Source: Escherichia phage ECO319P1. From it: DNA of 64,000 nt. The first letter of the stretch is position 1, and each line of letters begins with the position of its first letter. The stretch lies in the sequence record OP172790; one strand, 5' to 3'. The notes below the pieces were generated by a model. That model did no database searches and was not told the DNA's origin. It saw only the letters and a program-made list of their open reading frames with translations. Of the stretch, positions 45,822 through 55,800 are shown one piece after another. Position numbers and translations under genes: made by a program.

Positions 45822-47557
45822 TAACGATTCCCCTCTCTGAAGTAATCCACATCATAACCAATCATATTCCACTCACCTTCCGCTGTATCAAGAATACGGA
45901 TTGCAGGGTAACGATAGTTGCTGAAGCAGTCTACCTTGTGGTCAGTTTCAATGTCGAAGTCCTGCCAAGAATCCCATACAGGTGAACCATTCGGGCTATT
46001 AGAACCACCAATGAAGAATCGTACAGTACCTTTACCACCCATCTGGGGGTAAATCGTTCTCCACCATTTGTGGTACGAGATATCTGGCTCTTGTTCATCG
46101 AAATCCAGTGCATCACGTCGTACTTCACAATAAACAGGTCGAGAAGTTACTGTAGTCTTAGCAGGGTCTAATGGGTTCCAACCCGGCCCACCAATCTTGG
46201 TGTAATCATAATAATCTTGCTTATAACCTGTATCAAGCATGTAGAAACATCTGTCCATCGAAGCACCAAACATCTGGTGTCGGGTAAATGTTTGTGCATA
46301 CTGGTTCCAAACATCCTCTTTGATATCTTCTGAGTTCCATGCATAGTCATTAACACCGGAAGGGTCATAATGCTCCCATGTACGGGAATCAGTCTCTGGA
46401 CTAATACCAAGTGCGATATCATAGATGTTAGGTAGGTCTGCAAAAGTCCAAGTGTTATACTCCCAAGACCAGATGGCTGCTTTGTCACAAGCATATTTAT
46501 CTTCTGGAGCACTACCTGCTACTGCTGCTGGAGCATTCGTGGATACATAGGTAATCCAAATCTCTTTTCGAGTAGGGTAGGAATAAACACGAGTTGCATT
46601 AAAGTTCGTACTTGAAATCTGATTCATGAGGTAGTCTTTAATACGACCGGTTGCAACAGATTGACGAGTAGAACCGTTGTGTACGAAAATATCCTCTTCA
46701 CTGATAACGAAGTGTTGACCTTCAAATTCTACACAACAGTTAGCTGCCAGAATACCAGAGTCAGAGAAGATTTTACGGAAGTTGAATACCATTGTACCAC
46801 CTACATAGTCCATGATAAATGTATCACGGTTAGTGTAGATAACGAAGGAGTCACGAAGTGGACGTCCATCAATGATGTGAGATTGTGAGTCAGTCAGGTC
46901 GTTAAAGCCGCCATCCTTGGTTTCATCATCTTCAATCCAGTCTGGTGGTAAAGTACCAACATATGCTGTATTCGACCAACGAACACGCTGAGGATAATTA
47001 ACACCAGCTTCAGTGATGCCCATGCAAAGCAAGTAGGTTTTATAAGCACGAATACGATTTGTCTTCCAGTCAATTTTTGCCCCACCAGCTTTCTTAGGTT
47101 GTCCCCAACCCGGTAGGTCATGAAAGTTCTTTTCGCTTGGTGCAATACCCTGTGGGTCACTTTTGTTAGTGTTGAAGATAACTGTGTTGGACAGAGTTGT
47201 ATACTCCCAAGGCTCACCCGGTTCAACTTCATAACGAACTGGATTATTATCTGAACCTAATTTGGAGATATTCTTATGTGATACACCCTCTGCACGGTAA
47301 ATAGAACCTTTGTTATCCGCAGGATTCCAAGTACCGTAAACAAGAGACTCCGTAATTGGCTGTTGTACAACCCCTAGAGGAATCTCTTGTGGCATATCAC
47401 GAAGAAGAGCAGCTTTAGCGCCTCCGATTTTCTGAACTCGATTAGCTTCAAACCGGACGTTATTAGCCCAAGACCAATCTGAAGGTGTCAAGTCATATGG
47501 TGGGATATCAGTTGTTACACCAGTTTTCCCAACATTACGTAAGCGCATAATTGTCAT
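45821..47557 (-). CDS. putative tail protein (578 aa)
   Basis: AAGGAG RBS; located between tail fibre genes and internal proteins. Confidence 0.55.
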   Translation of the reverse strand: MTIMRLRNVGKTGVTTDIPPYDLTPSDWSWANNVRFEANRVQKIGGAKAALLRDMPQEIPLGVVQQPITESLVYGTWNPADNKGSIYRAEGVSHKNISKLGSDNNPVRYEVEPGEPWEYTTLSNTVIFNTNKSDPQGIAPSEKNFHDLPGWGQPKKAGGAKIDWKTNRIRAYKTYLLCMGITEAGVNYPQRVRWSNTAYVGTLPPDWIEDDETKDGGFNDLTDSQSHIIDGRPLRDSFVIYTNRDTFIMDYVGGTMVFNFRKIFSDSGILAANCCVEFEGQHFVISEEDIFVHNGSTRQSVATGRIKDYLMNQISSTNFNATRVYSYPTRKEIWITYVSTNAPAAVAGSAPEDKYACDKAAIWSWEYNTWTFADLPNIYDIALGISPETDSRTWEHYDPSGVNDYAWNSEDIKEDVWNQYAQTFTRHQMFGASMDRCFYMLDTGYKQDYYDYTKIGGPGWNPLDPAKTTVTSRPVYCEVRRDALDFDEQEPDISYHKWWRTIYPQMGGKGTVRFFIGGSNSPNGSPVWDSWQDFDIETDHKVDCFSNYRYPAIRILDTAEGEWNMIGYDVDYFREGNR

Positions 47558-47567
47558 TCTTTACTCC

Positions 47568-48446
47568 TTATGCAGTACGACGGAACATGTAAACCACAAT
47601 ATATGGTTGGATGTTGTTGTGTTTTTGGTTACCACCCGTGGTCTGTACACCACCAGTAATCTGGAGTGAGTGTTCATGAGCACCATCAGTTGTAGTACGA
47701 TAAATACCACCATTACCACCGTGAGAACGAGCATCATAGTTAATGTAACGTTCTTTATAGTTAAATGCTTCCAAACCATCATCACCCATGAACAAGTGAT
47801 AGTGAGCACCGTTAGAAAGTGCACGACCACCAATATCATGTGGGTGTGAGTGAGCAGGCATTTCACCAGTAGTTAGTGTGTGATAATATTTACCACCTTG
47901 TGCCAGAACAGTGTTGTAGTTAATAGAATCAGTACCATCGTTACCAACACCATAACCAACAAGAACACGACCCGGAGCAAACTGCTGCCAAGTACCGAAA
48001 CCAAACAGGTCGGCTGGGTTTGTTGCAGTCGCTGAAATGTAGATAGAACCTACAGGCCATGATGCCACCATACCACCATTACGTTCCAGATAACGACGAG
48101 ATACCGCATCATCAAGACCAGCATCACCAGCACGAGGCAGTGGGACACCAGTTACAACGTTTTTATTGGTATTGATACCATCTTTGTTGAAGTTAATGGT
48201 CTTAGAAGTACCAGTCATTAAGAAAGTTTTGTTACAGCTAACGGAGTCAGCATCGAACTTCAAGTTTGCGTCTAACAAGTTCATAGTATCAGAACTGATA
48301 GTAAGCTTCTTATTAAAGCTTGAGAAAGTGTTAGTCAGAGTGGTTTTGATAAGACGAATGTGGTCGTCACCCTCTTTGATTAAGTCACCGCTCAGAGGCC
48401 AAGAAGTATTAAGTTCGCTGACAAATCCAGCCTTCTCTACCGTCAT
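47568..48446 (-). CDS. tail fibre protein with phage tail-collar domain
   Basis: GGGAG RBS; C-terminal GEMPAHSHP motif typical of tail-collar domain. Confidence 0.65.
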   Translation of the reverse strand: MTVEKAGFVSELNTSWPLSGDLIKEGDDHIRLIKTTLTNTFSSFNKKLTISSDTMNLLDANLKFDADSVSCNKTFLMTGTSKTINFNKDGINTNKNVVTGVPLPRAGDAGLDDAVSRRYLERNGGMVASWPVGSIYISATATNPADLFGFGTWQQFAPGRVLVGYGVGNDGTDSINYNTVLAQGGKYYHTLTTGEMPAHSHPHDIGGRALSNGAHYHLFMGDDGLEAFNYKERYINYDARSHGGNGGIYRTTTDGAHEHSLQITGGVQTTGGNQKHNNIQPYIVVYMFRRTA

Positions 48447-48694
48447 TTATGTTTCTCCCGTTGGTTCAAATTATTTACTAAATCAGAGAGTGTTTTAATA
48501 GTTTCTGATTGAACTGCCTGAGTCTTATCAATCCTATTCAGAATCTCCCTCGTTGTGTTAACGATGCTCCCCTGTTCAGCCTGTGTGCTTTTGAGAATCT
48601 GTACATCCACATATGTGTTTATACCGACACCAATCGAAGCGACAGATAACGAGGTGGCTACACCGATAAGAATATTTCTTAGTGCGTCTTCCAT
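48443..48694 (-). CDS. hypothetical protein with N-terminal TM segment
   Basis: ATG start; stop overlaps next ATG (ATGA). Confidence 0.45.
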   Translation of the reverse strand: MEDALRNILIGVATSLSVASIGVGINTYVDVQILKSTQAEQGSIVNTTREILNRIDKTQAVQSETIKTLSDLVNNLNQREKHK

Positions 48695-48755
48695 TTCATT
48701 TTTTCCTTAATTAACCGCCAATAACATTTCTATTAGTGACGGTTAAGGGAAAAGA

Positions 48756-49232
48756 TTACTTATTACTCTCTGGGTCAGGGTCTTCTGGGAATTCAGAACG
48801 TTTCCACTCTGCATACTTATCAATGAAGTCTTTATACTTAATTAAGAAGTCTGCATACTTAACACCAAAATCTGTATACTGAGTTGTGAACCCATCAATC
48901 ATCTTCTGAGTGTTGGTAATCATACCGCTCAATGTGGTAATCTGAGTGTTAGTTTCAGTGACCTGTTTATCAATCACAGCAACCTGAGCCTGAATGTATT
49001 TCAGAGATTCAGCAGCAAAGTCTGCCTGTTCTTGTGCAGATTCAGCAGCCTCCTGAGCCTCTGATACCCAAACAGCCAAATCTTTTACACCAGAAAGGTC
49101 ACGAGAAGTCCAACCAAATTGACCTGCGTTTGGAAGAGAAGCTTCTGTAATCATGACTGCTGAGTTTGGGTCAGTTGCCATTGGGTTAACACGGAGTACA
49201 CGACGTACCCCGTTAGAACTATACAAAGCCAT
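48756..49232 (-). CDS. tail fibre-associated protein, N-terminal domain paralogous to 52143-52922
   Basis: AGGAGG RBS; segment PNAGQFGWTSRDLSGVKDL paralleling GQPNVGLFAWTTNDLTGIKDI of the other gene. Confidence 0.55.
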   Translation of the reverse strand: MALYSSNGVRRVLRVNPMATDPNSAVMITEASLPNAGQFGWTSRDLSGVKDLAVWVSEAQEAAESAQEQADFAAESLKYIQAQVAVIDKQVTETNTQITTLSGMITNTQKMIDGFTTQYTDFGVKYADFLIKYKDFIDKYAEWKRSEFPEDPDPESNK

Positions 49233-52150
49233 TATAAGCCTCCTTGTTCGTACATATCATCTCCCGGTTTGAGATGCTTGTACATCATATATAAGCTAAG
49301 TCCGCGGTAAATCTCACCAGACCAGAAACCAAAGAACATGCCATTGTTTTCAGGGCCATTACCAGTGTTCAAGCGCAAACCCGGACTCCAAGAGCCATTC
49401 ATTACATGGTTTGGAATACCAGTAATGTGATAGTTTGAAGTCAGTTCATTAACCAACATCTCAATCAACCTATCATCGTGTTCAACTTTAGAACCAGCTA
49501 AGTGGGCAATACAAGCGCCAGCTAACCACAAACCACACATATGTCCAGTAAAGTCAGTTGGGTCACAAACAACCTTACCATCTGTAGTGAAATCTGTTGG
49601 AGAGACGCCACCATTGGCTTTCATTGTTTTGTACAGGAACTTAGTCCAGTTCTCAACATATGTAACCAGTTTTGGTGGTACAGGATACTTCTTGATTACC
49701 AATTCATACCAAGCACGAGCAGCACTGAAATAAGCACGAGGTTGATAACCAGCCCAAGCATGACCATCACCCCAATGGTACATAGTCCAAGTGTTTGGAG
49801 TACCATATTTGTAGTTATCCCATCTATCCCAAATATATGCTGATGCACCCGGCCCAAGTTGACCATATTTGTTATAGAACCACTGTTGTGATTGATATAA
49901 GAACTCAACCATGTTATTCAATTTACGACCATCAACATCACCCGGATTGTCAATCCAAATCATTGGGTGTTGGTAACCCGGATAAGGCATACCATGCCAA
50001 CCATCAAACTGACCAGATGCTGATTCATTGTTGTAAATGTTTGAGAATGGAATTGTACCCGGAGTACAGAACAGACCACCATCCACAGCGTTAGTAACAC
50101 GACAATCACCAAGTTTGAAAGTGAAAGCATCACTACCCGCAACAGTTAGGGTGTACATCATGAGAACACGAGTGTTTCCATAGTTGTAAGTGCCCGGTAA
50201 GCTGTTTACACAATACCAAGTGGCATAAGCGAGTGGTGCATTATCAAGTTTCTTAGACAAGTTCATCTGAGTAACTTTCTCCTCACCATTCCACTTTGTA
50301 GGTCGAGTAGGCGGAACCCAAGGCTGACCCGGATGTTCAATATCCCAATTAGGTGGCTTCTGCTCATTTTCCTGATAATTATTCAAAGTAATCTTTGTCC
50401 AATCAAGAGGCGCCTGAGTCCACTGTTCATTAGTGTTTGCAATATCCCAACCCCAAGTCCAATTCTGAGAATCAGTTACAGAAACTCGCATCGGAGAGTT
50501 ACACTTGATTGCAATGCTTTCAGGTTTAATCTTCTCCTCTTCAGTCAGCCAGAAGCCAATAACAGTACCATCATTGTCAGTTGGCATATTACAGTGGGAT
50601 ACGATAGAGCTACGACCATCCACGACACCAGTTTCATATTGCAGAATTGATTGAGCGTCACCGTAGTCAACAATGATTCGCTTGTCAGCCATGATGAAGT
50701 CTTTACCATTGGCATCAACCAGTTGGTAGAAGTCAGTCATTTTGGTTTCGATTGATACGGGAACAAAGCCCGGAGAGTACGGAAGTTTTGCCTGCCATGT
50801 TTCCCACTGAGATTCTGGGGTTTGGCGAGAGTTTGCAACTTTGATTTTAACAGAAGCTTCAAGGTAAGTACCAGTTCTGTCTTGACCAGACATTGTGGTT
50901 AGTACACTTGATTTATTGTTAACATCAAACCAAACCGATTGCTGTTCAAGGGTGTGTTGTGCAGCCCTGTCAGCAGCAACATCAATGTAACCTTGAGAAT
51001 CTCGACCATAAGTAATGTTCACACCATCCGGATAAGTATAATCGTAAGAGATACCGTCAGTGTAAGGTGAGAGTGCACCAACTTCTTTACGGAAGAAATA
51101 GTCATTACTATCAATTCGAGAATACTCGTCAACAGTAACCATTGCACATTTCCAAACCATCTCATACTTAGATTTATCTGGGTCACTATCATCAGCAATC
51201 TTCCACATCACATACGCAGCATCAAGGAACCACTGTTCTGCATCCGAAGCATTACCAAAGTTCAAAGTACCTTCAACTGGAACGTTCATTGGGCGGTTAT
51301 GCCAAGGTTTGTTACGACCCATCAAATAGCCACCATGTTCAACAGGTTGACGGTTACACCAGTTAGCTTTGTGCTGACCGTTAACAGAAGTGTTCTTCAG
51401 TTTGACTGTACCAATCTCCGACAGTGGGTGACCCTCTGAAAGAACATTACCATCCCAATCAATCTTCTGACCAGTATAAGCAATTACCCAATCAACGTCA
51501 TATTGAACACCCTTCTTGTTCCAGTCAGTTGTTACACCATCATCTTTCAAACCATAAACAGTAGCAACAATTGATTTCCAACCTAAAGCACCATCAAATG
51601 CAAAGGTAAACTTATCAAGGTATTCACCCCAAAGAGGAGCACCATGAGGAATCTTAGTCTGTCCATTTGTCCAGTTAAGCATCTCACCTTGGAAGCCACC
51701 ATGAGTTGGGTATCCATCTTCAGCCAGAGGCCAGTTAGCCAGAACAGGCTCTTTACCGTTTATAATCCAGTTACAGATATAACGTTTAGGAGTGTCAGGA
51801 ATAGGGTTATCACCTGCACTGTTATAGAAATGGTCAATATACGCATCAAAACACTCCTTAGCTGCTGTACGATACTCCTCTAAGCCTGTGGCCATGTAAG
51901 CATACGCAAAACCAAGAATCTGTAGGGATTGACCTTCAGTAGTTGCGTCACCATTAGGTTGAGCTTCCATCTGAGCACGGGCAATGAAGTGTCGGTTATT
52001 GGAGAGGATTTTCTCCGGGTTGAAAACATAATGCTCTTTACTTGCATCATTAGTGAGGCCAGTATTAACATCAAGGAATTTTTTGTGCCCACGCATCATC
52101 GAGAGCACATCACTCTGCTCAAAATTGCTATTGAAAAAGCTATTAAGCAT
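49232..52150 (-). CDS. large tail spike/receptor-binding candidate (approx 972 aa)
   Basis: GGAGG RBS 9 nt before ATG at 52150 (track start 52189 is GTG); W/Y/N/D-rich; flanked by fibre-adaptor-like genes. Confidence 0.55.
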   Translation of the reverse strand: MLNSFFNSNFEQSDVLSMMRGHKKFLDVNTGLTNDASKEHYVFNPEKILSNNRHFIARAQMEAQPNGDATTEGQSLQILGFAYAYMATGLEEYRTAAKECFDAYIDHFYNSAGDNPIPDTPKRYICNWIINGKEPVLANWPLAEDGYPTHGGFQGEMLNWTNGQTKIPHGAPLWGEYLDKFTFAFDGALGWKSIVATVYGLKDDGVTTDWNKKGVQYDVDWVIAYTGQKIDWDGNVLSEGHPLSEIGTVKLKNTSVNGQHKANWCNRQPVEHGGYLMGRNKPWHNRPMNVPVEGTLNFGNASDAEQWFLDAAYVMWKIADDSDPDKSKYEMVWKCAMVTVDEYSRIDSNDYFFRKEVGALSPYTDGISYDYTYPDGVNITYGRDSQGYIDVAADRAAQHTLEQQSVWFDVNNKSSVLTTMSGQDRTGTYLEASVKIKVANSRQTPESQWETWQAKLPYSPGFVPVSIETKMTDFYQLVDANGKDFIMADKRIIVDYGDAQSILQYETGVVDGRSSIVSHCNMPTDNDGTVIGFWLTEEEKIKPESIAIKCNSPMRVSVTDSQNWTWGWDIANTNEQWTQAPLDWTKITLNNYQENEQKPPNWDIEHPGQPWVPPTRPTKWNGEEKVTQMNLSKKLDNAPLAYATWYCVNSLPGTYNYGNTRVLMMYTLTVAGSDAFTFKLGDCRVTNAVDGGLFCTPGTIPFSNIYNNESASGQFDGWHGMPYPGYQHPMIWIDNPGDVDGRKLNNMVEFLYQSQQWFYNKYGQLGPGASAYIWDRWDNYKYGTPNTWTMYHWGDGHAWAGYQPRAYFSAARAWYELVIKKYPVPPKLVTYVENWTKFLYKTMKANGGVSPTDFTTDGKVVCDPTDFTGHMCGLWLAGACIAHLAGSKVEHDDRLIEMLVNELTSNYHITGIPNHVMNGSWSPGLRLNTGNGPENNGMFFGFWSGEIYRGLSLYMMYKHLKPGDDMYEQGGL

Positions 52151-52922
52151 CGAACCAACCTCCATTATAGAAGCCGAACCACTTAGCACCAGAATCTTTC
52201 GTTAACAGTGTGATAACATCAATCTTGCCATTATCATATGACAGGACAGGTTCACGACCATTGTTCCAGCGAACTGTGGTAGGCCATTTAATTTTGTTAG
52301 CACCAGTACCCTGTTGAACCATGAGTGTAATCTGACGACACAGGTCAGGTTCATTGGTTGGTGAGTCAATTGTCAAAGTCGTAGTTGAAGCTGTCAGTTT
52401 CAGAAGTTGTACTGTAGCATCTGTTACGTGAACAGTATGTGATGTACCTTCTGCTTTATCTTCATAATACTTATACACTGAAAGCATCTGATATTTCATA
52501 ATCTCTGCTCGCCAAGCATCAATCTGATTATACTGATTGTTTACTGCAACTTGGATATTTCTTGCTTCATCAACATACTTATGAATTTCGTTAACATCAA
52601 CGTTGATTGTGTCAGCGAGTTTCTTCATATCTTCGTACTGTTGGTCAATCTTAACAACAATAGCTTCATATCTATTTGCTACTTCATCCACATGGTCTTT
52701 GGTAGCTTCAGTTTGTGCTGCTGCTGCTTCTGCTCGTTCCGCTGCTGCAAGTGCTGTCTTGACATACGTGATGATATCCTTGATACCAGTTAAATCATTC
52801 GTAGTCCAAGCAAAAAGGCCAACGTTCGGCTGGCCTCCTGCAACAATGTCTTCCGCAGATTCATCTGCCGTCGGGGCAGCATAAGCTCTTGGTTGAACAG
52901 GAGCGTTAAGTGCGATGGACAT
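52143..52922 (-). CDS. tail fibre-associated protein with conserved N-terminal anchor-like domain
   Basis: GGAGG RBS; N-terminal region paralogous to 48756-49232. Confidence 0.55.
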   Translation of the reverse strand: MSIALNAPVQPRAYAAPTADESAEDIVAGGQPNVGLFAWTTNDLTGIKDIITYVKTALAAAERAEAAAAQTEATKDHVDEVANRYEAIVVKIDQQYEDMKKLADTINVDVNEIHKYVDEARNIQVAVNNQYNQIDAWRAEIMKYQMLSVYKYYEDKAEGTSHTVHVTDATVQLLKLTASTTTLTIDSPTNEPDLCRQITLMVQQGTGANKIKWPTTVRWNNGREPVLSYDNGKIDVITLLTKDSGAKWFGFYNGGWFDA

Positions 52923-52936
52923 TTATTAATCCTCCA

Positions 52937-53626
52937 TTAGTGGTCAAAGTAAGGGACAACAAATGCAGAACCAGACCATTCAGCTTCATCAATCTGAGTC
53001 TGAAGCGATTCAGCGGCTTCCTGTGCTTTACTCATCCAGTACTGCTCCATCTCAACATCACGAATGAAGATTGACGCATGACGCATTGACAAGTACAGTA
53101 GAACATCAGGAGCAACCAGAAGTGAATAAGGTTGGTCATTATCAAACTGCATTTCAGGAATATCCTGTCGGTAAATAAGCTCTACAACATCACCAACCTT
53201 TGGGGTTGGCAGGAAGTGAATCTGCTCACCAATACGAGTGAAGAAGTATGACTTGTCTGAAGTAGAACCTGCTTGGTCACTGAGAATTACACCACTATCT
53301 GGGTCATTCTTACTTGTAACATAATCACGAGTGTTGTTAAGATTCTTCATACGCATGAACGTTTCAACATCAACACGGTTATACGGCTTACCATTAACCA
53401 TCATATGTTTTGCACTCAGGAAGTCCTGTGGGATTACCACGTAGTCAAAGTTTTCATCAATAGTAAACTCAGATTTAACTTCATAGTACGGCAACTTAAC
53501 CAAACGTGTAAACTGCTTCTCAGCGAAGTTAATAAACATTGGAATGTTATTAATCGTTGCCGAGTCCTTACGGTTGAGCCAAAGAGCAACCGCTTCTTTC
53601 AAATCTTTATAAGTATCAATATTCAT
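52937..53626 (-). CDS. virion protein (hypothetical; possible head-tail adaptor)
   Basis: GGAG RBS before ATG at 53626 (track start 53638 is TTG). Confidence 0.5.
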   Translation of the reverse strand: MNIDTYKDLKEAVALWLNRKDSATINNIPMFINFAEKQFTRLVKLPYYEVKSEFTIDENFDYVVIPQDFLSAKHMMVNGKPYNRVDVETFMRMKNLNNTRDYVTSKNDPDSGVILSDQAGSTSDKSYFFTRIGEQIHFLPTPKVGDVVELIYRQDIPEMQFDNDQPYSLLVAPDVLLYLSMRHASIFIRDVEMEQYWMSKAQEAAESLQTQIDEAEWSGSAFVVPYFDH

Positions 53627-53638
53627 TCTTGGCTCCAA

Positions 53639-53821
53639 TTATTTCTTGGGGTAATTTTCCTCAATTTTCTCGATGAATTCATCATCAATTGTGGTCGGTG
53701 TTTTATTTGCCAACCACTTAGCAATTTTAAAGAACACCCACTTAATAGTGGGCTCTCCAAAGATAGCTATCAATAAATTTTCACCAAAGAGAATTAAGGC
53801 CTTAATCAGAAAGGCGTACAT
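53639..53821 (-). CDS. small membrane protein (60 aa; holin candidate)
   Basis: GGGAGA RBS; ATG 53821 overlaps upstream stop; hydrophobic helices. Confidence 0.4.
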   Translation of the reverse strand: MYAFLIKALILFGENLLIAIFGEPTIKWVFFKIAKWLANKTPTTIDDEFIEKIEENYPKK

Positions 53822-54117
53822 TAGAAATCTCCCGGATATGGCATCTCTTCCCACCAAGTCTTAGAACCATCAGACAGTGGAATACCACTCATAGCTGGCT
53901 GGTTAATATACTGACTAAATGCTGCGAGAGCACGACGACGAAATTGTCGAGGATAATTGAATCGACGCAAATTGTCATTAGCATTGTCCTCATTCAAGGA
54001 GAAAGCAATGATTGCCTTGATTCGGTTTTGTTTGAAACGAGAAGACCAAAATGCAAGAGCTTCAGGAGTTTCAACAGGATAGTTAAGCTTATACAGTGGT
54101 GATGGTACATCAGCCAT
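53821..54117 (-). CDS. hypothetical protein
   Basis: AAGGAG RBS 8 nt before ATG at 54117 (track start 54156 falls within a hairpin). Confidence 0.5.
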   Translation of the reverse strand: MADVPSPLYKLNYPVETPEALAFWSSRFKQNRIKAIIAFSLNEDNANDNLRRFNYPRQFRRRALAAFSQYINQPAMSGIPLSDGSKTWWEEMPYPGDF

Positions 54118-54136
54118 TTTATACTCCTTAGAAACG

Positions 54137-54174
54137 AAAAAAGGGATGCGAGGCATTAAACCTCAACACCCCTT
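54137..54174 (-). terminator. terminator-like hairpin after Ig-like protein gene
   Basis: GGGG/CCCC and GAGG/CCTC complementary segments followed on minus strand by TTTTTTCG. Confidence 0.4.
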
Positions 54175-54191
54175 TAGGTTAGTTGTTTACA

Positions 54192-54632
54192 TTATTCACT
54201 AGGTGCGGGTTTTGGGTCACAAGATACCCGGCTTGAATCGCTAAACTCAAGACCTTTGTAAGTAACCTTAGCACCAACACGACCACCACCCTCTTTAACA
54301 CCAGTGATAGTTGCCTTGAGTGGGTCAGTACCATCTTTAGCAACAGTTACATAACCATCATCACCAGTATCAGGTTCCACAAACCAATCAACAGTATAAC
54401 CAGTACCAAGACCAGAAACAGTTGCTGTGATTTCAGCAGTACCTTCAACGACAAGACCAGATACGCTGGAAGTTGTTACAGAGCCATCAACAACGGTAAT
54501 TTTTACAGTTGCTTTCTTGGTTGGGTCTGTTTTAGCTGCAACAGTAATGTTGGCGCTACCAGCAGCAACGCCTTGTACATTAACAGTCTGAGCAGCTTTT
54601 GCAGCCAATGCTGCTTTGCTTACTCGTGCCAT
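54192..54632 (-). CDS. Ig-like (Big_2-like) domain protein, possible capsid decoration
   Basis: Thr/Val-rich beta-strand pattern; starts 2 nt after MCP2 stop with RBS inside MCP2 3' end. Confidence 0.6.
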   Translation of the reverse strand: MARVSKAALAAKAAQTVNVQGVAAGSANITVAAKTDPTKKATVKITVVDGSVTTSSVSGLVVEGTAEITATVSGLGTGYTVDWFVEPDTGDDGYVTVAKDGTDPLKATITGVKEGGGRVGAKVTYKGLEFSDSSRVSCDPKPAPSE

Positions 54633-54634
54633 TA

Positions 54635-55720
54635 TTAAGCTCCTTTAGCAATGGATTCATTATCAGACGTAACAGTAACTGTTTGGTCTGCATCTTCAGG
54701 GCTTACAGTAACAGACAGCGCAATTGTTTCACCAACTTTCACAAACTGCTCTGTACCACCTGCGATAGCAACAGATTCAACTGGAGGCTTCGGAGGGGTT
54801 ACACCCATTTTCAGAATACCAGATGCGAATGGGTTAGCATGGCGTAAGCCTACTTCCATTTCAATCATCCACTTCTCGTAGCTACCATCCTTAGCTAGTT
54901 TCACACGCTCTGGTGAACGGAGAACCATCTGAGTCCAATCTTTTGCACGGAAGAAGTAGATTGCATCCTGTGGCATCCAACGGTTAGGGATAAGTCGATA
55001 GCGCTGACCAAGTGGGTCAATGACTTCAGTTACATAAGCATTGAACTTAGTGTCCTTACCATCGAACATCTTAACTCGGTCACCTACACCAACTTCCATT
55101 AAGGAGCTGAAGAAGGAGGCATGTTTTGGATGGAACATGATGATATCAGCATGAGAGCCAGACAGATATAGATTATAAGTCAGACCCCAGATATCAGATT
55201 CGACAGGTTCATCACCAGCAATGCCTTTATGGACAACAGCGCCAGTATCTTCATCTGGTTCATCAAGACCAGCAACCAGAGATTCAAAACCACCAGTAAG
55301 TCGAGGTTTAGTACTCGCATCACCAGCATCTTTCTCTTGAGCAGACAGGAGGATTAACTCTAAGTCACGCTTCAGTTCTTTACCTGCCTTCTCCATTTGG
55401 TATTGCAGTTCACGACCGCGACCATAGTTTGCAAGAGCATTAGCAGTATCAGAAACCTTCAGGACTTTACGGAGAATCTGAGTATAGTTATTGAGAGTTG
55501 TAGTTGAGGCCAGAGCGCCATCGGCAGCAGTTGAACCTTCCACTACAGCATTATCGACAACAGCAGCGAGTGAGTCGGTCTGCCATTGGAAGAGTGTTTG
55601 GGCGATGGATTCTTTACCGGTCATACTAACAAACGGGGTGTCAGTTGGGGACAGGTTAGAAATCCAATTCGCAAACGAGAGTTTCTTACCATTTAGGTCA
55701 TATGAAACTAAAGTCGCCAT
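54635..55720 (-). CDS. major capsid protein paralog 2 with C-terminal Ig-like domain
   Basis: First 36 aa identical to paralog 1 and high similarity across approx 310 aa; extra approx 50 aa C-terminal Ig-like segment; AAAGGAG RBS. Confidence 0.8.
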   Translation of the reverse strand: MATLVSYDLNGKKLSFANWISNLSPTDTPFVSMTGKESIAQTLFQWQTDSLAAVVDNAVVEGSTAADGALASTTTLNNYTQILRKVLKVSDTANALANYGRGRELQYQMEKAGKELKRDLELILLSAQEKDAGDASTKPRLTGGFESLVAGLDEPDEDTGAVVHKGIAGDEPVESDIWGLTYNLYLSGSHADIIMFHPKHASFFSSLMEVGVGDRVKMFDGKDTKFNAYVTEVIDPLGQRYRLIPNRWMPQDAIYFFRAKDWTQMVLRSPERVKLAKDGSYEKWMIEMEVGLRHANPFASGILKMGVTPPKPPVESVAIAGGTEQFVKVGETIALSVTVSPEDADQTVTVTSDNESIAKGA

Positions 55721-55740
55721 TTATGTTTCTCCTTTCCTAT

Positions 55741-55774
55741 AAACACAAAAGGGAAGAGGAATAATCCTCCTCCC
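55741..55774 (-). terminator. rho-independent terminator between the two capsid paralogs
   Basis: On minus strand GGGAGGAGG-AUUAUU-CCUCUUCCC hairpin followed by TTTTGTGTTT, 27 nt after MCP1 stop. Confidence 0.65.
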
Positions 55775-55800
55775 TTAATCATTACTCAACGGTGTTGAGA

